From NCBI GenBank assembly GCA_003614675.1, contig ML002368.1, positions 1 through 37,371 of the forward strand: a stretch of 37,371 bases of DNA, read 5' to 3'. Source of the stretch: Dimargaris cristalligena (Eukaryota). A program made the translations under genes and the position numbers. Shown here piece by piece: positions 10,480 to 23,653 of this stretch (the first letter of the stretch is position 1; each line of letters begins with the position of its first letter). The notes below the pieces were generated by a model that was given only the letters and a program-made list of their open reading frames with translations, was not told the DNA's origin and searched no databases.

Positions 10480-12581
10480 CTTTGGCCGGATAAAAATAGA
10501 TGGAATGCAACCATTGGAAAGTCCAAACTCAGCCCCATTCCTCCTTGGAAAATGCCATACAAAGTAAAAGCATAAATTTCAATGTGGGTGATGTACCCAT
10601 TGGCCGCTGTGAAATGAATCAGAGTGGTTAGTGGGGAGGGGGGCGGGTGATAAAAGGGAAGGGGGGCAATCTCCCGACCAAACTGGCCACCTGAAACATA
10701 CTCGTCCGGATTGAGCCGTAGGTTCAACAATAGCCAAATTATGGGCGTATGGGTGTAATGGGATGGTCTGGTTGCCTCAGTTGGGCCAAGGCATGGAACT
10801 GAACTGAGGGGGAAAATATAAAGATGTGGGAAAATAAGTGATAGTGAGCGGGTTTGGATTAGGGAGACAGTATGGGTGAGGGGGGGACACTCGATATAGA
10901 TGGGGCCATCCGAATAGTAAACCAGTGCCATGTCTGGTAATAGCAGCCACTTCTGAACATTTGAGTGGTTAAAAAAGATCATATCCATGCGCCCCAATAC
11001 ACTTCGGCATTGATGCCGATCGCATGCGGAGCAAATCAAAATTGGTATATTATTTTTTCTGGCCTATATTCTCGTCAAGCTTCGTCCATTCGAAACAATA
11101 GGTGTGTCGTAGGAGGAGATGATCAAATTGTGTAGACGGCGGATAAACCCGGCCGACACCGGATAAGATGCTTTACTCAATAGTCTAGAGGGTGGAATGC
11201 GCCGCCGTTTTAATTCACCATTATTCACCAATTCCTCACCCATATATATTGCCTTATCCAAGCCTTCCTACTCCAGGTTTCCTTCCCGTTTCCATACCCC
11301 CCCCGACCCTGGATTTATAACAGCAGCCCCCACGGAAACAGGGGAGACTGGGGTGCCGCTTAGACCGGTGGCCCCGTCTATTGGAGACCAACCTCCATTG
11401 ATCATCCTCATGTTCGGTCTGTGGCGAAATGCCAACCAACCCCACTCTTTACAGACCCGTTACCAATGAACTTACCTCGCTAGGTTGATGCTCCGCAATC
11501 GTACCCTGTTGGCTGACGCTGATTGAATAGACCATCCACTCAGGTGGCTCGCTATTAACGATTGCTAGACCAATAGGCACGTTAATCAAAATGTGCATAC
11601 AGCCAATAGTGACCAAGGTTTACCGATAGGTAAAAAGGAGGGGGGGCATGTCCCTTATTTGTTCCCCCCTCCTTTTCCTGCCAGACCTTTCCCCTGGATT
11701 GAGACACACCTATTGCCTTTGCCTGATTTGGGCCCCGCCTGTTTTGGAACAGCCAATACAGACGGAGACAGTAGAACTTGAGTCACCCCCCTCCCTTGGG
11801 CTAAGTCCAGTAGGATTCCTTCGAGATGGGCTTATTCCAACGCTGTAAAGTAGACTTATTTAGATATAATTCAAAAACCCACTTTGGATCCAACCCCCCG
11901 ATATTGCGTAGACGGTGTGGGTATACAGTACTCTTAATGGAGAAGGTTCAACTATCTCTAGCCACTAGAGGGCGGTGTATCATAAATTGCACTATTTTCC
12001 AAGATTTAACACGAATATGTTTCATCAGGAGGATAAACACATTACAACAGTGGCGACATCATTCCCCACACCCCTTCCTTGGCTTCCTACCTTCCACTCT
12101 ACACCATTCCATGACCTTACCAATGGTTGGTGAGCGAGCCCGGGATGGTAAGAACCCCACTTTGTTTATCCGTCGTATCCAAGAGAACAGTGCTGGATCA
12201 TGCGTGGATCTTTACCACAAGGTGGGTATCTAATATAGCCATGTGTGTGTATGTGTGTGGTATGCTCATGTATAGATATGTGTGACGAAGAATGTAATTA
12301 ATGAGTGGCATGGGCTATACGGGAGTGGGAGCAGTATGGGGGTTTAGGGTGGGGGAGTGAAGGGGTGGATGGATAGCAGTGGTGATCGAAAGGCAGGTTG
12401 GGATATGTGAAGGCGAATTAAGTTCAAAACAACCTTCCAAGTAGAGTAGAAGGAATAGGAGGAATATGGGCTGGTGTGGTGGAAGAGCATGGTTGGGACA
12501 TACCTTTTCTTCCTGGTCATTGAATTCGGGATAATACTTGGATCCATTGTTATTGGCGACTCTCCCTCCATATATGCGCAT
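10480..12581 (-). ncRNA. Candidate multi-exon non-coding or micropeptide transcript divergent from the neurofibromin gene (exons ?-12504, 12229-12121, 11564-11476, 10803-10702, 10606-10480)
   Basis: Minus-strand donors AAG|GTATGT (12503), TTG|GTAAGG (12120), GAG|GTAAGT (11475), CGA|GTATGT (10701). Textbook 95-nt intron 10701-10607 with ACTAAC branch point and TTTCACAG acceptor. All three frames of the 12229-12121 exon contain a stop. Confidence 0.45.
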
Positions 12582-12650
12582 ATAACCAGAGAGGTTGTTC
12601 AGTCGGAAATGAATGAAAGGGAAGCGGGTTAGGGCCAGTCAATGCGCATT
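12571..12650. promoter_or_regulatory. Pair of ATGCGCAT palindromes (TATATGCGCATATA 12571-12584; AATGCGCATT 12641-12650)
   Basis: Perfect palindromes seen directly at the purine-rich to pyrimidine-rich switch upstream of the neurofibromin leader; regulatory role is inferred. Confidence 0.35.
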
Positions 12651-13690
12651 TAGCAAGTGACCTGAGCGTGGGCATATATCTCTCCGCCACATCCCCTAGA
12701 ACGCGGCTACCTTTCTTCGTCTTCCTCTTGGGATTTTTTTGCTCACGCTCTTCGATAGCTTGGGCTTTTTTTCACTGTCTCTCTGTTCTCGTCAACCCCG
12801 CGCGACTGTTGGCATAGGGAGTGTCTCCTTCTCTCTTCCAATACACCCGCATCGGCCTACACACTAATCCAGGCGGTTGACTCGGCTGGCCTATTCGAGT
12901 GGTTGATTGTTACAGGTATAATATTTCTTCCACTCCACTCTCTACCTTCTTCCTTTCTCTCTTTCCGTTCCAGTACCTTGTTATTTTTATATATATATAT
13001 TTTAAATACGATACAGTCTTTACCAGACGAGCACCGGGACCTCCCCCCCATAAGAGAAACCTCTCTATATACGCGCTTGAACGTGTGCGTATATATGTGC
13101 ATGTGTGGTGTTTAATACTTGTGTTCGTTATTGCCCTCGGTCTGATCTCCTCTCATCTTGTCGCGCTGCTTTCCACCCCTGGTCTGTGCTATTTCACCCC
13201 GCGCGGTTCCGGGTTCTCATCATCTTAACTCATCCGCCCAAACTCGGCCCTGGGTTGTGTAACGCCCCTCCTGCGGCCCCACTTGGGTTCGTCTTGACCC
13301 GCTGCCGTTCTATTGGCAGTCGCTTCGGGGATTCTCTGACCCTATTCCTATTAGCCCTTGTAATATTTATTCTCAACTCCCGTGCTACTGCGCTGTGCTT
13401 TGTTTTTCTTCACTGGTCGACGTTGTTATCTTATCTTCAAGGTGTTCTTTATTCTGTGTCCCTCAATACCCACCACCCTGTCTCTGCTTTCTTGACCCAT
13501 TCGTTACTGGGTCAAGGCTTTTTCTATCGTTGCTAGTATTTTCTACCCTAGTCTTTTCTCCTAATCCTTCGCCTGCCCAGTCGTCGCCGGTCGCCTCTCC
13601 CCCATCGCCCACTACCTGTCGCCCCTTTTCTCTGTTTCGATTCCGTAGTTAAACAATACTCTTCATTCCGCTCTCCCGCTCTAAATCACC

Positions 13691-16600
13691 ATGGATGGCG
13701 ACACGCTGCTGATCCTTGCCCTGATAAATAAACTGGGTCTCCTGGTAAGTTAATATCTCCCACTGCTCAGTTTGATAGCCCAACCCCCATAGCACCCCTT
13801 ATTCTCGGATAACCCTGAAAGCCTATATCGGGCTCAGCCCCGCTGTAGCGTTCTCTAACCCAAAGATGTCCCCAGGCTCTTTATTTCCTTCCCTCGTCGG
13901 GCTGTGGTTCCATGGATATGTCGCCCTTTCCCCTCAGGGGCAGGTGGCTATTGAGTGGGGCTGGGTGAACACTCTCTATACTCCATTCCGAAACTATCGG
14001 TCTACCCTCTGCTTCTAGCAATATTGACTCGGCAACATCCCTGATTGTATTTCCCCTTCAGGCTTACCGTTGACATAACGGCACACTCCCTCCCCCTCTT
14101 CGTATTCATGTCTTGACCCGCATCTGGACTGTTTATCTAATACATCTCTGTGGTACTCCCTTTTCTACCCCATCCATTTGACCCCCCCTCTTCCGTAGTT
14201 GCCTTGTTATACCAACAAGTCGTACGAAGGTCTCGAGTCCGATGAAGTCCTCAAGAGCATCGTGCGCTCCCTCCTAGAGATTTCCGAATTTCGCCTCAGC
14301 ATTACCTCCCATGCCATCATCAACCTGATTGAAAAGATCAACAAGTCTGGCAGTAACAACAGCCAGACTGAGGAGGCCCAGCAGAACCTGGCATACTCCC
14401 AGCACTTCCTGACCCGCATCCTGGTCGGCTGCATGGCCTATCACTGGTACCAATTCATTCGGAGTGCCCACCGGGAAGGTCGGGGTCTACTGGCCGGCCC
14501 AGGTGCCAACACCTCCTACATTCCCTTTACCGAAGTGTGTCTCCAAGCTGGATCAACCACTGCGCCCAAGGGTGGTGCCGCCACCTCCACCGGCACTCCC
14601 CCCACCTCTGGCGTTGACGACTCGGCCCAAGCCCTTGTCCTGGATGCTACTGGTCGATCGCGCCGTTTCTCCCGGGTCCCTCACAAGTCTTCTTATAACC
14701 GGGACCCTTCGTCCTTCCCTGGCCTGAATTTCAGCAAGAACTCTTACTATGAAGTGGCCGAGGACGACCGGGCGAATCTGTCGGGCAGCTCCGATATTAT
14801 CGGTAAACAGCTCTTCGTGGGCTCATTTAATCAGACTTTCCACAAACCCGTGGTTTTCACGGCCCAGAATATCAACGCCGCCTTTATGACCGAGCAAACT
14901 CTTCTGGACCCCACCCCCTTTGAAGAGCCCCTGGCCAAATACATCTTCAACACGATTCTCCGTATGATCCTGGGTAGTAGCTCAGCTTCCGGCCACGACC
15001 TGGGTTCCATGGTGGCTAACCTGGATCAGTCCCGGGCCTTTTACCTGTCCACCGCCCGGTCCTACCTGTTCCTCACGGGATCCCTGGCGTCGACGTTCGT
15101 GCCAAGCATCGACAGTATCACTGGGTTGATTTTTTCCACCCCCCGCAAAGAATCGCGGGTAAACCAAACCACAATTGCCAACCGCATCCTATTCTATCTC
15201 AGCGCATCCAACTGGAACGTCGTCTTCTCCCGCATCAAGACCCGCATGCAGAGTTTAGCAAGCACGCAGGACGAGTTCACTGACATTCAGGAGTTGCGGA
15301 TCCTAGAATACTGCCATCTCAATACCCAACGAATTTCCCACGTGTTCCAGGAACTGTCCATTCATTTCCTTCAGTTCCGGCGAAATGTGCAGCTCGCTGT
15401 GGCCCCGACCCTCCGCCGTATGATCTGGAACTGGATCGAGTCCTACCCAGCCGACTACATTGCCCTATGGAAGGAAGGCCGCCGACTTGATGGAAACCCC
15501 GAAATCCTGTTTGACGTGTGCCTATCATTGCACGACAATAACCACCCCAAGGGAAAAGTTATTCTGTGGCCACTGCAAGCTACCCTGTTGGCCCTCTGTC
15601 CCGATGTGCTAACTATGCTGGTCAACTTCGAGGGTGGTAGTAAGGCGGCCAAGCGCCGGGTGTTCTTGGACAATCTCTCCAAGGCCATGCGGAACTCCCG
15701 TAATTTCGAAGCGGCGGCCCATGCGTACGTGGATTTCATCCGGGCCGCCTCCTACGTGTCCCTCATCGAGAACACTGCTCTCAATACCATCGTCAGCGAC
15801 TTTGAGCCTTCTCTGCGTGAGCGTTTGTTTGATTTCCGCTCCCCCAACCTCGATCCGGCCAACAACATTGACCAGCGGTTCCTGATGGAGTCCCTGATTG
15901 CCTATTACCGTTACGACCCCTACCTTACAGTTAATCGGTTGGTACCCCTCTTTTTCCAGGAGGGCATCTCGGCCGCGTATCGCCTGGTTCTGGTCAAGGC
16001 CTGCTATTCGTTGGCCATTGAGCCTACCTTGCCCTGGCTCCCCTCCATCTCCGTGCTCTACTCCCACGTCGCCTCCTCTTTCCGCAAGCTGTTCCAATCA
16101 TACGTCACCCAGCCTCTTGGATGGACCGACCCTGCCGTGCGCAAATCCTCACTGTCTCTCGAGCGGGCCCTGCTGAAACGCTCCAATAAGGGGTCCGACG
16201 CTGAGACCTTGAAGACCGAGCGAATTGAGTTTATTTTGACCCTACTCAAGGCCTACTGGACAGACCCTCTACCGGCCATTTACAATAGTAACCCCGAGCT
16301 GCAGTTCTCCGAGAATCTAACACTATTCAATAATATTACGGCATGTTTCCGCGAGCCCGTAACCACCATCCGCTCCATGGCCGCCTTCACCGTTCTATCC
16401 CTACACGATGCCGTGTACATTGAAAAATGGGGCCCCGAAGGGATGATGATGAAGTCTTTCTGGACCATCAGTTCCCAGGTCCTCTTAGCCGTAGCCCGCG
16501 AAATCCTGGACTTCAACGACCGGGAGGAGGGCGTCAAGTTTATGCTTTACATCCTGCTGAGGCTTTTGGCCAAACGCAACCAGTTCATTCAGAAGTATCC

Positions 16601-19600
16601 TAGTCAGGTGGCCCAGGGAATTGAAGTGCACGACCGACTCGTGGCCAGCGTCGCAATGGAAATTGCCTTGTTGGTCCTTCTATGCTCGGCTGAACCTAGT
16701 ATTATCAACATGGCCCAGGACTGCTTCGCCTATCTATGTGACGAGGCAGTCTTGACCGAGGAAGTGGACGATCCCCACCATTCCAACTTTACCATCGTCA
16801 AGAACTACGCCGTGTACCGTGAACTGTCCAAGAACAACACCATTATCACAGGCAAAGTGGCCCAGCAGAAGCGGATCCGCCGCTTGTTACGCCAAATGAC
16901 CACCCCCACCATGGGTAATCTGGCCGCTTGGGAGGAGGGTTACAAGCGCTGGCGAGTTCTCATTCAGGGTGTGTCCAAGGGTCTGGACCACGACGATGAC
17001 GGCGCCTCTAACGTTGGCGGAGACGGATCCCGTCTGGGCAATTCCGGTAGTACAACAAATCTCCACGCCAAGGATCACCACCACCCGCCCCCTGCTCCGG
17101 CTGGACCGGTCGAGAAGCTCAAAAAGAAGACGCCCTTCCACCAAAAACTGTCTATTTCGCATAATCGGCATAGTGATAAGGACAAGGCCAAGGATAAAGA
17201 TCATATGGACTCCGCAACGTCAAGCCACGCCGGCTCTTCCATCGGCGGTATGGTTGGAGGGGGTAGTGCGACTTCGGTCTCCAATACCGCGGGAGGTGGC
17301 TCCAGCTCTTACTCCAAGGCCAACCACCTACACCACCTATCCATTTCGTCGGCTACGTCGTCCTTTGAGGAGCCCCGTGTCGAAGATCGGGGTGAATGGC
17401 CCAATTACACCGGTTTCCTATGCGCGCTCGGTGGGGTTTGCCTGCAGGGCTCGGGTGTGGAAGCTAATCCGGTGGCCAGTTCAGCCTCTGCTCTAGCCAG
17501 TAATACTAGCCTAGCGGCCGTCTCAAATATGGCCACTGGCCAGGTGGACGCCCCTCAAATGCTCAACCGATTCATGCAGGAATTGGTAGACCTTCTAGTT
17601 AGCGACAACATTCTGGTCCGGGAGACCATCAAGGATATACTAGGGACTGACCTCAGCCCCGCCCTGTTCGCCCTCCTCCTCTCCCACCTCCAGAAGGTCG
17701 TGAATCGGTTTGTGATGCCAGATGGTGATATTCAGTGTACCGACCATTGTACCCTGTTTGTGGGCCAAGCTATCTCGGTGGTGAAGATGATCCTGGAACG
17801 GATGAACGAACCCACCGTCAGTCTGTTCACAGTGGACCTGGGCGGACTGGTCTTTTCCTTCGCCCGTTATCTCCATCGTCTGGGCAATTCTCCAACTGCC
17901 CTCCAAATGAAGATTCGTATGTGCCAGCTCACTGAGATCCTCATGCAGAAGAAGGAGTACCTCAGTCTCCGCCACGAGATTAAATTCCGGAACAAGTTGC
18001 TCGACATTATCATCTCGTGGACCTCCGACTTTACCTCCAAGGTGTCCGAGAGCCACCACCAGTCCCACGGCAGTGTAAGTGGGCGAGATGTGGGTGGCGG
18101 GGTAGGTGGGAGCGGTGCCAACGGCGGTGGCGGATCGGGGGGAAGTGACATGGCTCTCGCACTTGCTAGTGCCGAAGAGGGCGGGTCCTTTTTGCAGAAC
18201 GAGAAACTACACCGCGAGCTCGACCAGGACTGTATGAAGACGGTGGTCAGTCTCTTGCTAGGTTTGCCCCTGCAGCCCCAGGATAACGTGGTTGAGTCCG
18301 AACTGGGAACCGTCAAATCCCACCAATTCTACCGGTACTTTTCCTTCTTTATCAAATTGCTCAATCGCTGCCGAGTACTCGAAATTCTCGAGTCGGGTGC
18401 CCATCGCACTAAATTGACCCAGGACCTCCAGAACCTGCTAGCACAGTCCAAGGAATACATCAAGGACCTGCGCCCCCTCAAGGAATACACCATTCTGGCT
18501 CTCTCCAACCTGCTCAGTGCGAATGTCGAGTCCGGCCTGAAGTATTCGCTCACCATGGGATACCACGAGGATACTCGAATTCGAACCTCCTTCATGCAGG
18601 TGTTGACCAATATTCTGAACCAGGGTACCGAATTCGAAAGTCTGACCGATATCTCCCTCGTCGAAAAGCAGGAGAAGCTCTTGGACATTATCCTTGAGCC
18701 CGATATGGCGGTTGCTTTGGCCCTCTGTGACGCCTGTCCTGTGGCCGACATTGATGAGCTTTCGATGGTGTTACTGTCCGTTTTTGAATCCCGCGGGCTC
18801 GCCATCCCCCTGCTCAAGGGTGTTACCGAACGCGAGCTGTACAAGACCGAATCGGCGCCCGAAATGTTCCGGCGTAACTGTATCGCCACTCGCCTGCTAT
18901 CCCTTTTCGCTAAAGTCTATGGTTTTGAATATCTGCGGGAGACCCTGCAGAGTCTCATCCACGATGTGATTAAGCGGGCCCATGACGCCGGACCCGGCTT
19001 CAGCTACGAGCTGGATCCCACCAAACTGAGCGCTACCGCCAATACCAACCAGAACCTGCAGCACCTTATCGAACTATGTAACCGACTCCTCGATGCCATC
19101 ACCTCTTCCATTTGCATGGTGCCTGATGAGTTCCGCGACTTTTGCCACTTTTTGGTAGAGGTGGTCAACGCCCGTTTCCCTGGGTCCCAGGCCACCGCCG
19201 TGGGTGGTTTTATTTTCTTGCGTTTCTTCTGTCCTTCGATTGTGGCCCCCGACTCGCATGACTTGGTCAAGGGCAATGTTAACAAGGAGGTGCGCCGTGG
19301 TCTGATTCTGGCCACCAAGGTTATCCAGAACCTGGCCAACGATGTCCTTTTCGGGGCTAAGGAGGCCTTTATGACCCCGCTTAATGACTTTTTGATCACC
19401 AATAAGTACAAGGTAACGCAGTACCTCGAGGAACTTGGCCAACGGCCGAGCGACGCGTATTTCGAGCGCGGGATGGTTAAGAAGCACGCGGATCCCAACG
19501 ATGTGGCTCGGCTCCACCGGTTTGTGTCGGAGAATCTGGATCGAATTGGGCGCGATATGATATCGATTAAACAGATTAAGACCATGGGTATTTATCCCAC

Positions 19601-22600
19601 TACGCGCACCACCTTGGAACCCGTGATCCCCGGTGGTGATTTGTCCACCTCATCGACAACTGTGGTTGCCACAGGGGCGAACCGTCGGGTCTCTGTTGGG
19701 AATACGGCCACTATCGCTGGTGGTAATAGCGGGGGTTTGGTCCGCCGCGGCTCCCTGCCTGAGCGAATTTCGGATCCTACGCCTACCGGGACCGAATCCG
19801 ATTTACATCGCTCTGAGTCCATGTCCGTGACCACGGGCCCTCCAACGCTCACTTCGCTGGACCATACCCAGAATGGCGACCAGCCCCGCAACCGGGCCCA
19901 CCGGCATACGGCAGCCTATAACACTCTACTGGGCCAGACCGGAACTACACCCAATCCGACCGAACCGACAGGATCCAGTAACGTCAGTGCCGCCAATACG
20001 GAACTGGAACGCTTGACCAAGTCCCGTAAGCTCTACGACCAACTGTGCACTCTGCTCTCCCAACTCGGCAAACCCCCGGAAGTGGTCAAGAGCGAGAATG
20101 TGATAGCGGCAGTCAAGGGCGGAGCCAGTACCGAGCTTTACCGCGAGTTTATGCTCCGCAACTCCCACCGCAACGCCGACCAGATTAAGGCCAAAAAACT
20201 GTTCTATGAGGGTGGAGTTTCCAAGGAAAAGCGCCCCGTGGTCTATTTCATCGCTCGCCGACTCATCACTGACGCTACTGACATGGACCTCCTTATGTTA
20301 CACGTATTCCAGACTCTGGAGCCCCTCATGAAGAAGCCCTTTGAGCTACTGATGGACCTGACGCAATTTGGCCACGCCAATGAGATTCAGCACCAGTGGA
20401 TCGGCCAGTTCTCGCAGCTGTTGCCCGCCCAGCTGACTCAAAACCTGCACACGGTGTACATGTATAACGTCAACACCGCCTTCAAACATTACAGCAAGCG
20501 CCTGCTCAGCGCTGTGCCCCTCAAGCTGCCTAAGCGTATTGTGTTCCCGTTTAACCTCAATGACCTATACGCCTACATCAACCCGGCTGACTTGGATCTG
20601 CCCAAGGGTACCGTCTCCCTGGAGACCGATACGGGGGTCAATATCTCGCCCGTCAGTCGTATCTTCCACATGAAGGCGGCCATGCCTACCATCATCAAGA
20701 TCACTAACGAAGCCATCCAGATTACTTCCCTCAAGAAACAGGAGGTGTGCGGACTGTCCTCCTACTTCAACGACGTGTACCACATTTCGGAGGTGGACGA
20801 TATTTCATTGGTTACTTCCCCACGCCGGGACGAAACTCTGGTGGTGGTTAAGTTTGATCGGGGCAATACATCCATGACCTTCTCTAGTCCCAAGTACGAA
20901 TTCATCTACAAGGCCATCCGTAGCACCCGTGCTCGGTTCCAGTCCTCCAAGCCCAGTACCATGTCGGAACGCCTGATTCGACCCAACGATGTACCTGGAA
21001 CGCTTCTGAACATGGCCCTCCTCAACAGCGGCAGTGATGATCCCAATCTCCGGCTAACGGCTTACAATCTTCTCTATGCGCTCAGCCTCAACTTCAATTT
21101 CGACGTCGGCAACCTGTTGTTCAATGCGGCGGGGCTATGCATTCCAGCCAACAACACCAACTTTATCATCTCCATTAGTCACAAGATCGCTGCTTGCGAG
21201 CCCCGGTTCACCCTCGAATTTCTGACTGAGTGTTTCATGGGTTTCAGCAAGTCCAGTACTCCCCTCAAGCACCTCTGTCTGGAGTACATGGCTCCCTGGT
21301 TGCCCAACCTTGCGCTGTTTTGTAAGCGCGGGGCCGACCATACCTCGGGCCAATATAAGTCCAGCCTGTCCAAAACGGTGGAAGTGATCAAGGTGCTTAT
21401 CGAGCTCACCGTTCGGGAGAGTGAAATGTACCCCTCGGTGCAAGCCAAGATCTGGCGTAAAATTGGTCGGGCCGAAGAGCTGCTCGATGTGGTGCTCAGC
21501 TTTTTTGTTCAGTATGCCGTGGAGTGCGGTCCCTTCAGCACTCAGGCCGAGGTCATCGCCAACACTATCGTGACCCTAGCTGCCGTCAATGTCCGTACGG
21601 CTAAACTGATCTCCCGCCTACGAAAACTTCTAGTGCACACCTCGGTTAGCCCGGCCCGCTCCCTCTTGGAACACCCCAGCTGGAGCGAAATTGCGGTGTT
21701 GATCCGCTTCAGTTTGATGCTGATGTACAACAACCCAGCGGCAGCGCAGCAGTACCTCCCCGAGATCTTCTTTAACTTAACCATGGTCATTGGAATTGGG
21801 CCGTCCAGTATTCGTACCTCGGTCCATGGACTGGTCATCAATGTGATCCAATCCCTGGTGGCGTCGGTATCGATGGACAAGGGTGACCTCAAGGACCTCA
21901 ACTCACTCGTGACTCAGTTCTCTGAGCCCCGGTTCCGGCTGATGTTTGGACTGCACCGCATGTCCGGCAACTCGGCGGCCATTCACGGTACGGGTGGGGA
22001 TGTCGATCTGCCGGAATCCACCTCTTTGGTATCGCTCGAGACTATTATTCAGAGTCTCTTGAGTATTGTCGACTGTAAGACCTTTGCCGCCGACGTGGCC
22101 AATGCCTGGCGCGCCCGGTGGATGAGCTTGGTGACCAGTACCGCCTTCCAGTACAACCTGGCCATCCAGCCACGTGCCTTCATCATGCTGGGTTGCCTGG
22201 CCAGTGACGAGGTGGATGACGACCTATTATACCAGGTCCTAGTGACCCTCCGTGGTGCGTTGGAGGCATTTGACGAAAAGGACACTAACCTGATCCTCAG
22301 TATAGTTCTCTGCCTAACCAAACTGGTCAACAAGCTGTCAACGGACTCTCAGTTCCTGCCCACGCTCTTCTGGCTAGCCTTGGCCATTATCCAAATCGGA
22401 CACGTGAATCTCTTCTCCAGCGGTCTGGCCTTGCTCGAAGAGATCCTTCGCTCCCTGGATACGCAGGGTATCTTCGTGGAGATCACCCCTTACGAGTATC
22501 TATTGGCCAGCCGAGAGTCGTTCGAGCAAACCATGGGTACCATCGATAGCCACAATGGAGTTAACTTCTACACTGACTTTTCGTTTGCGCTGGCTACCCT

Positions 22601-23372
22601 GCTGATCAAAGGTCTACACCACCCGGCTAGTAAGGGCACGGTACTTAATTTCCTACACACCTTTATCGGGGTCCATACCAATCGCGGCGGCCCTGGGACG
22701 GCCCAGAAGCAAATTACGTTCCAAGTGCTCGGAGCCGTGGTGCCTCTCCTTCCCATGGCGGCCAAGAACGGCGAATTGGGCGAACTTCTGTGGCAATTGG
22801 GACTAGGTGACCTGCGTGTGGATAATTGCATGCCCATGCAGAACTGCTACCGCCATATTCTGAACCGGTTCGAGACGCCCACTGAGACCTCGGCCATCCT
22901 CCTGGCGTCCTTTTTGGTGGTGATGCTGAACCTGTCCCAATACGAAGGGGAGCAACTCTTCCTCTACGGCTTCCTGTCCGAAGTGGCCACCGCGTTCCCC
23001 GACACCTTTAGCTTAGTCTACCACACTTTGCTCCCTAAAATGAACACGGCGTTGATGAGTAGCCAACATTTACCCACTCTCGAGGCCATTCAGTCCATTC
23101 TCATTTCGGTGGTCGGGCTGCGTAAGAATATCGGCAAAGTGGTCGGTTCCATTCCCGGGAACCAGCCCAAGAATTCGGCCATGTCCATGACGAGCAGCGG
23201 TATGTCCATTAAATCCGATAGCTCGTCGGGCCGCATTTCCCATGAGGAGAAGCTCCACGAACTCGGGTTCTCGGGCCTGATGGATACGACCACTTTTGAA
23301 ACGATCACGCCGGCAACTATGCGTCGCAATGCCACCCTGGCGTCCCATTTGGTGGACCGCATCGTTAGCTAA
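13691..23372 (+). CDS. NF1: Neurofibromin / IRA1-IRA2-family Ras GTPase-activating protein (exons 13691-13744, 14199-23372; ~3075 aa)
   Basis: RasGAP signatures MFRRN (arginine finger), VGGFIFLRFFCPSIVAP, LILATKVIQNLAN; Sec14-like start LFYEGGVSKEKRPVVYFIARR; NF1-family motif IRPNDVPGTLLNMALLN. Exon 1 MDGDTLLILALINKLGLL|GTAAGT splices in phase 0 to CCGTAG|TTG, giving an NF1-like N-terminus. Confidence 0.97.
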
Positions 23373-23637
23373 AGTGGAGGGCCCTAATCAGCGGGATGAC
23401 AGTCTTTGGTTTAGTTTTTCTTTACCTTTCCTTACATTTCGATATTTCACCTAATTTTTCATTGAATCTCTCGCTTAACTTGCTGGTCGACCCACAACAT
23501 TCGCCTCTTTCCCTTATGTGCATCATTTTCAATAATTATCCAGTTTAATATCGCCCGGTTACATTGCTATTACTATTATTAATTTTTCTTCTAAAATTCC
23601 CACCCCGTCTCTCACTTTCTTCCTCCTACTTCCTGCG

Positions 23638-23653
23638 TATATATATATATATA
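23638..23653. repeat. (TA)8 tract in neurofibromin 3' region
   Basis: Directly visible ~265 bp after the stop; could act as a TATATA-type 3'-end element (inference). Confidence 0.85.

Noticed and set aside
10476-11039. 187-aa minus-strand ORF
   Set aside because: TTG start, no recognisable motif, and it reads through an obvious 95-nt intron and pyrimidine-rich intron-like sequence.
11961-11975. CTCF-like motif CCACTAGAGGGCGG
   Set aside because: CTCF is an animal protein; the match is coincidental in a fungal-type locus.
12121-12229. In-frame TGA read as selenocysteine (THLVVKIHA*SSTVLL)
   Set aside because: No redox motif or selenoprotein similarity, and the matching frame of the upstream exon is closed.
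14207-23362. Numerous antisense and alternate-frame ORFs inside neurofibromin (also inside VMA5 and the F-box genes)
   Set aside because: Shadow ORFs caused by GC-rich codon bias; no recognisable products.
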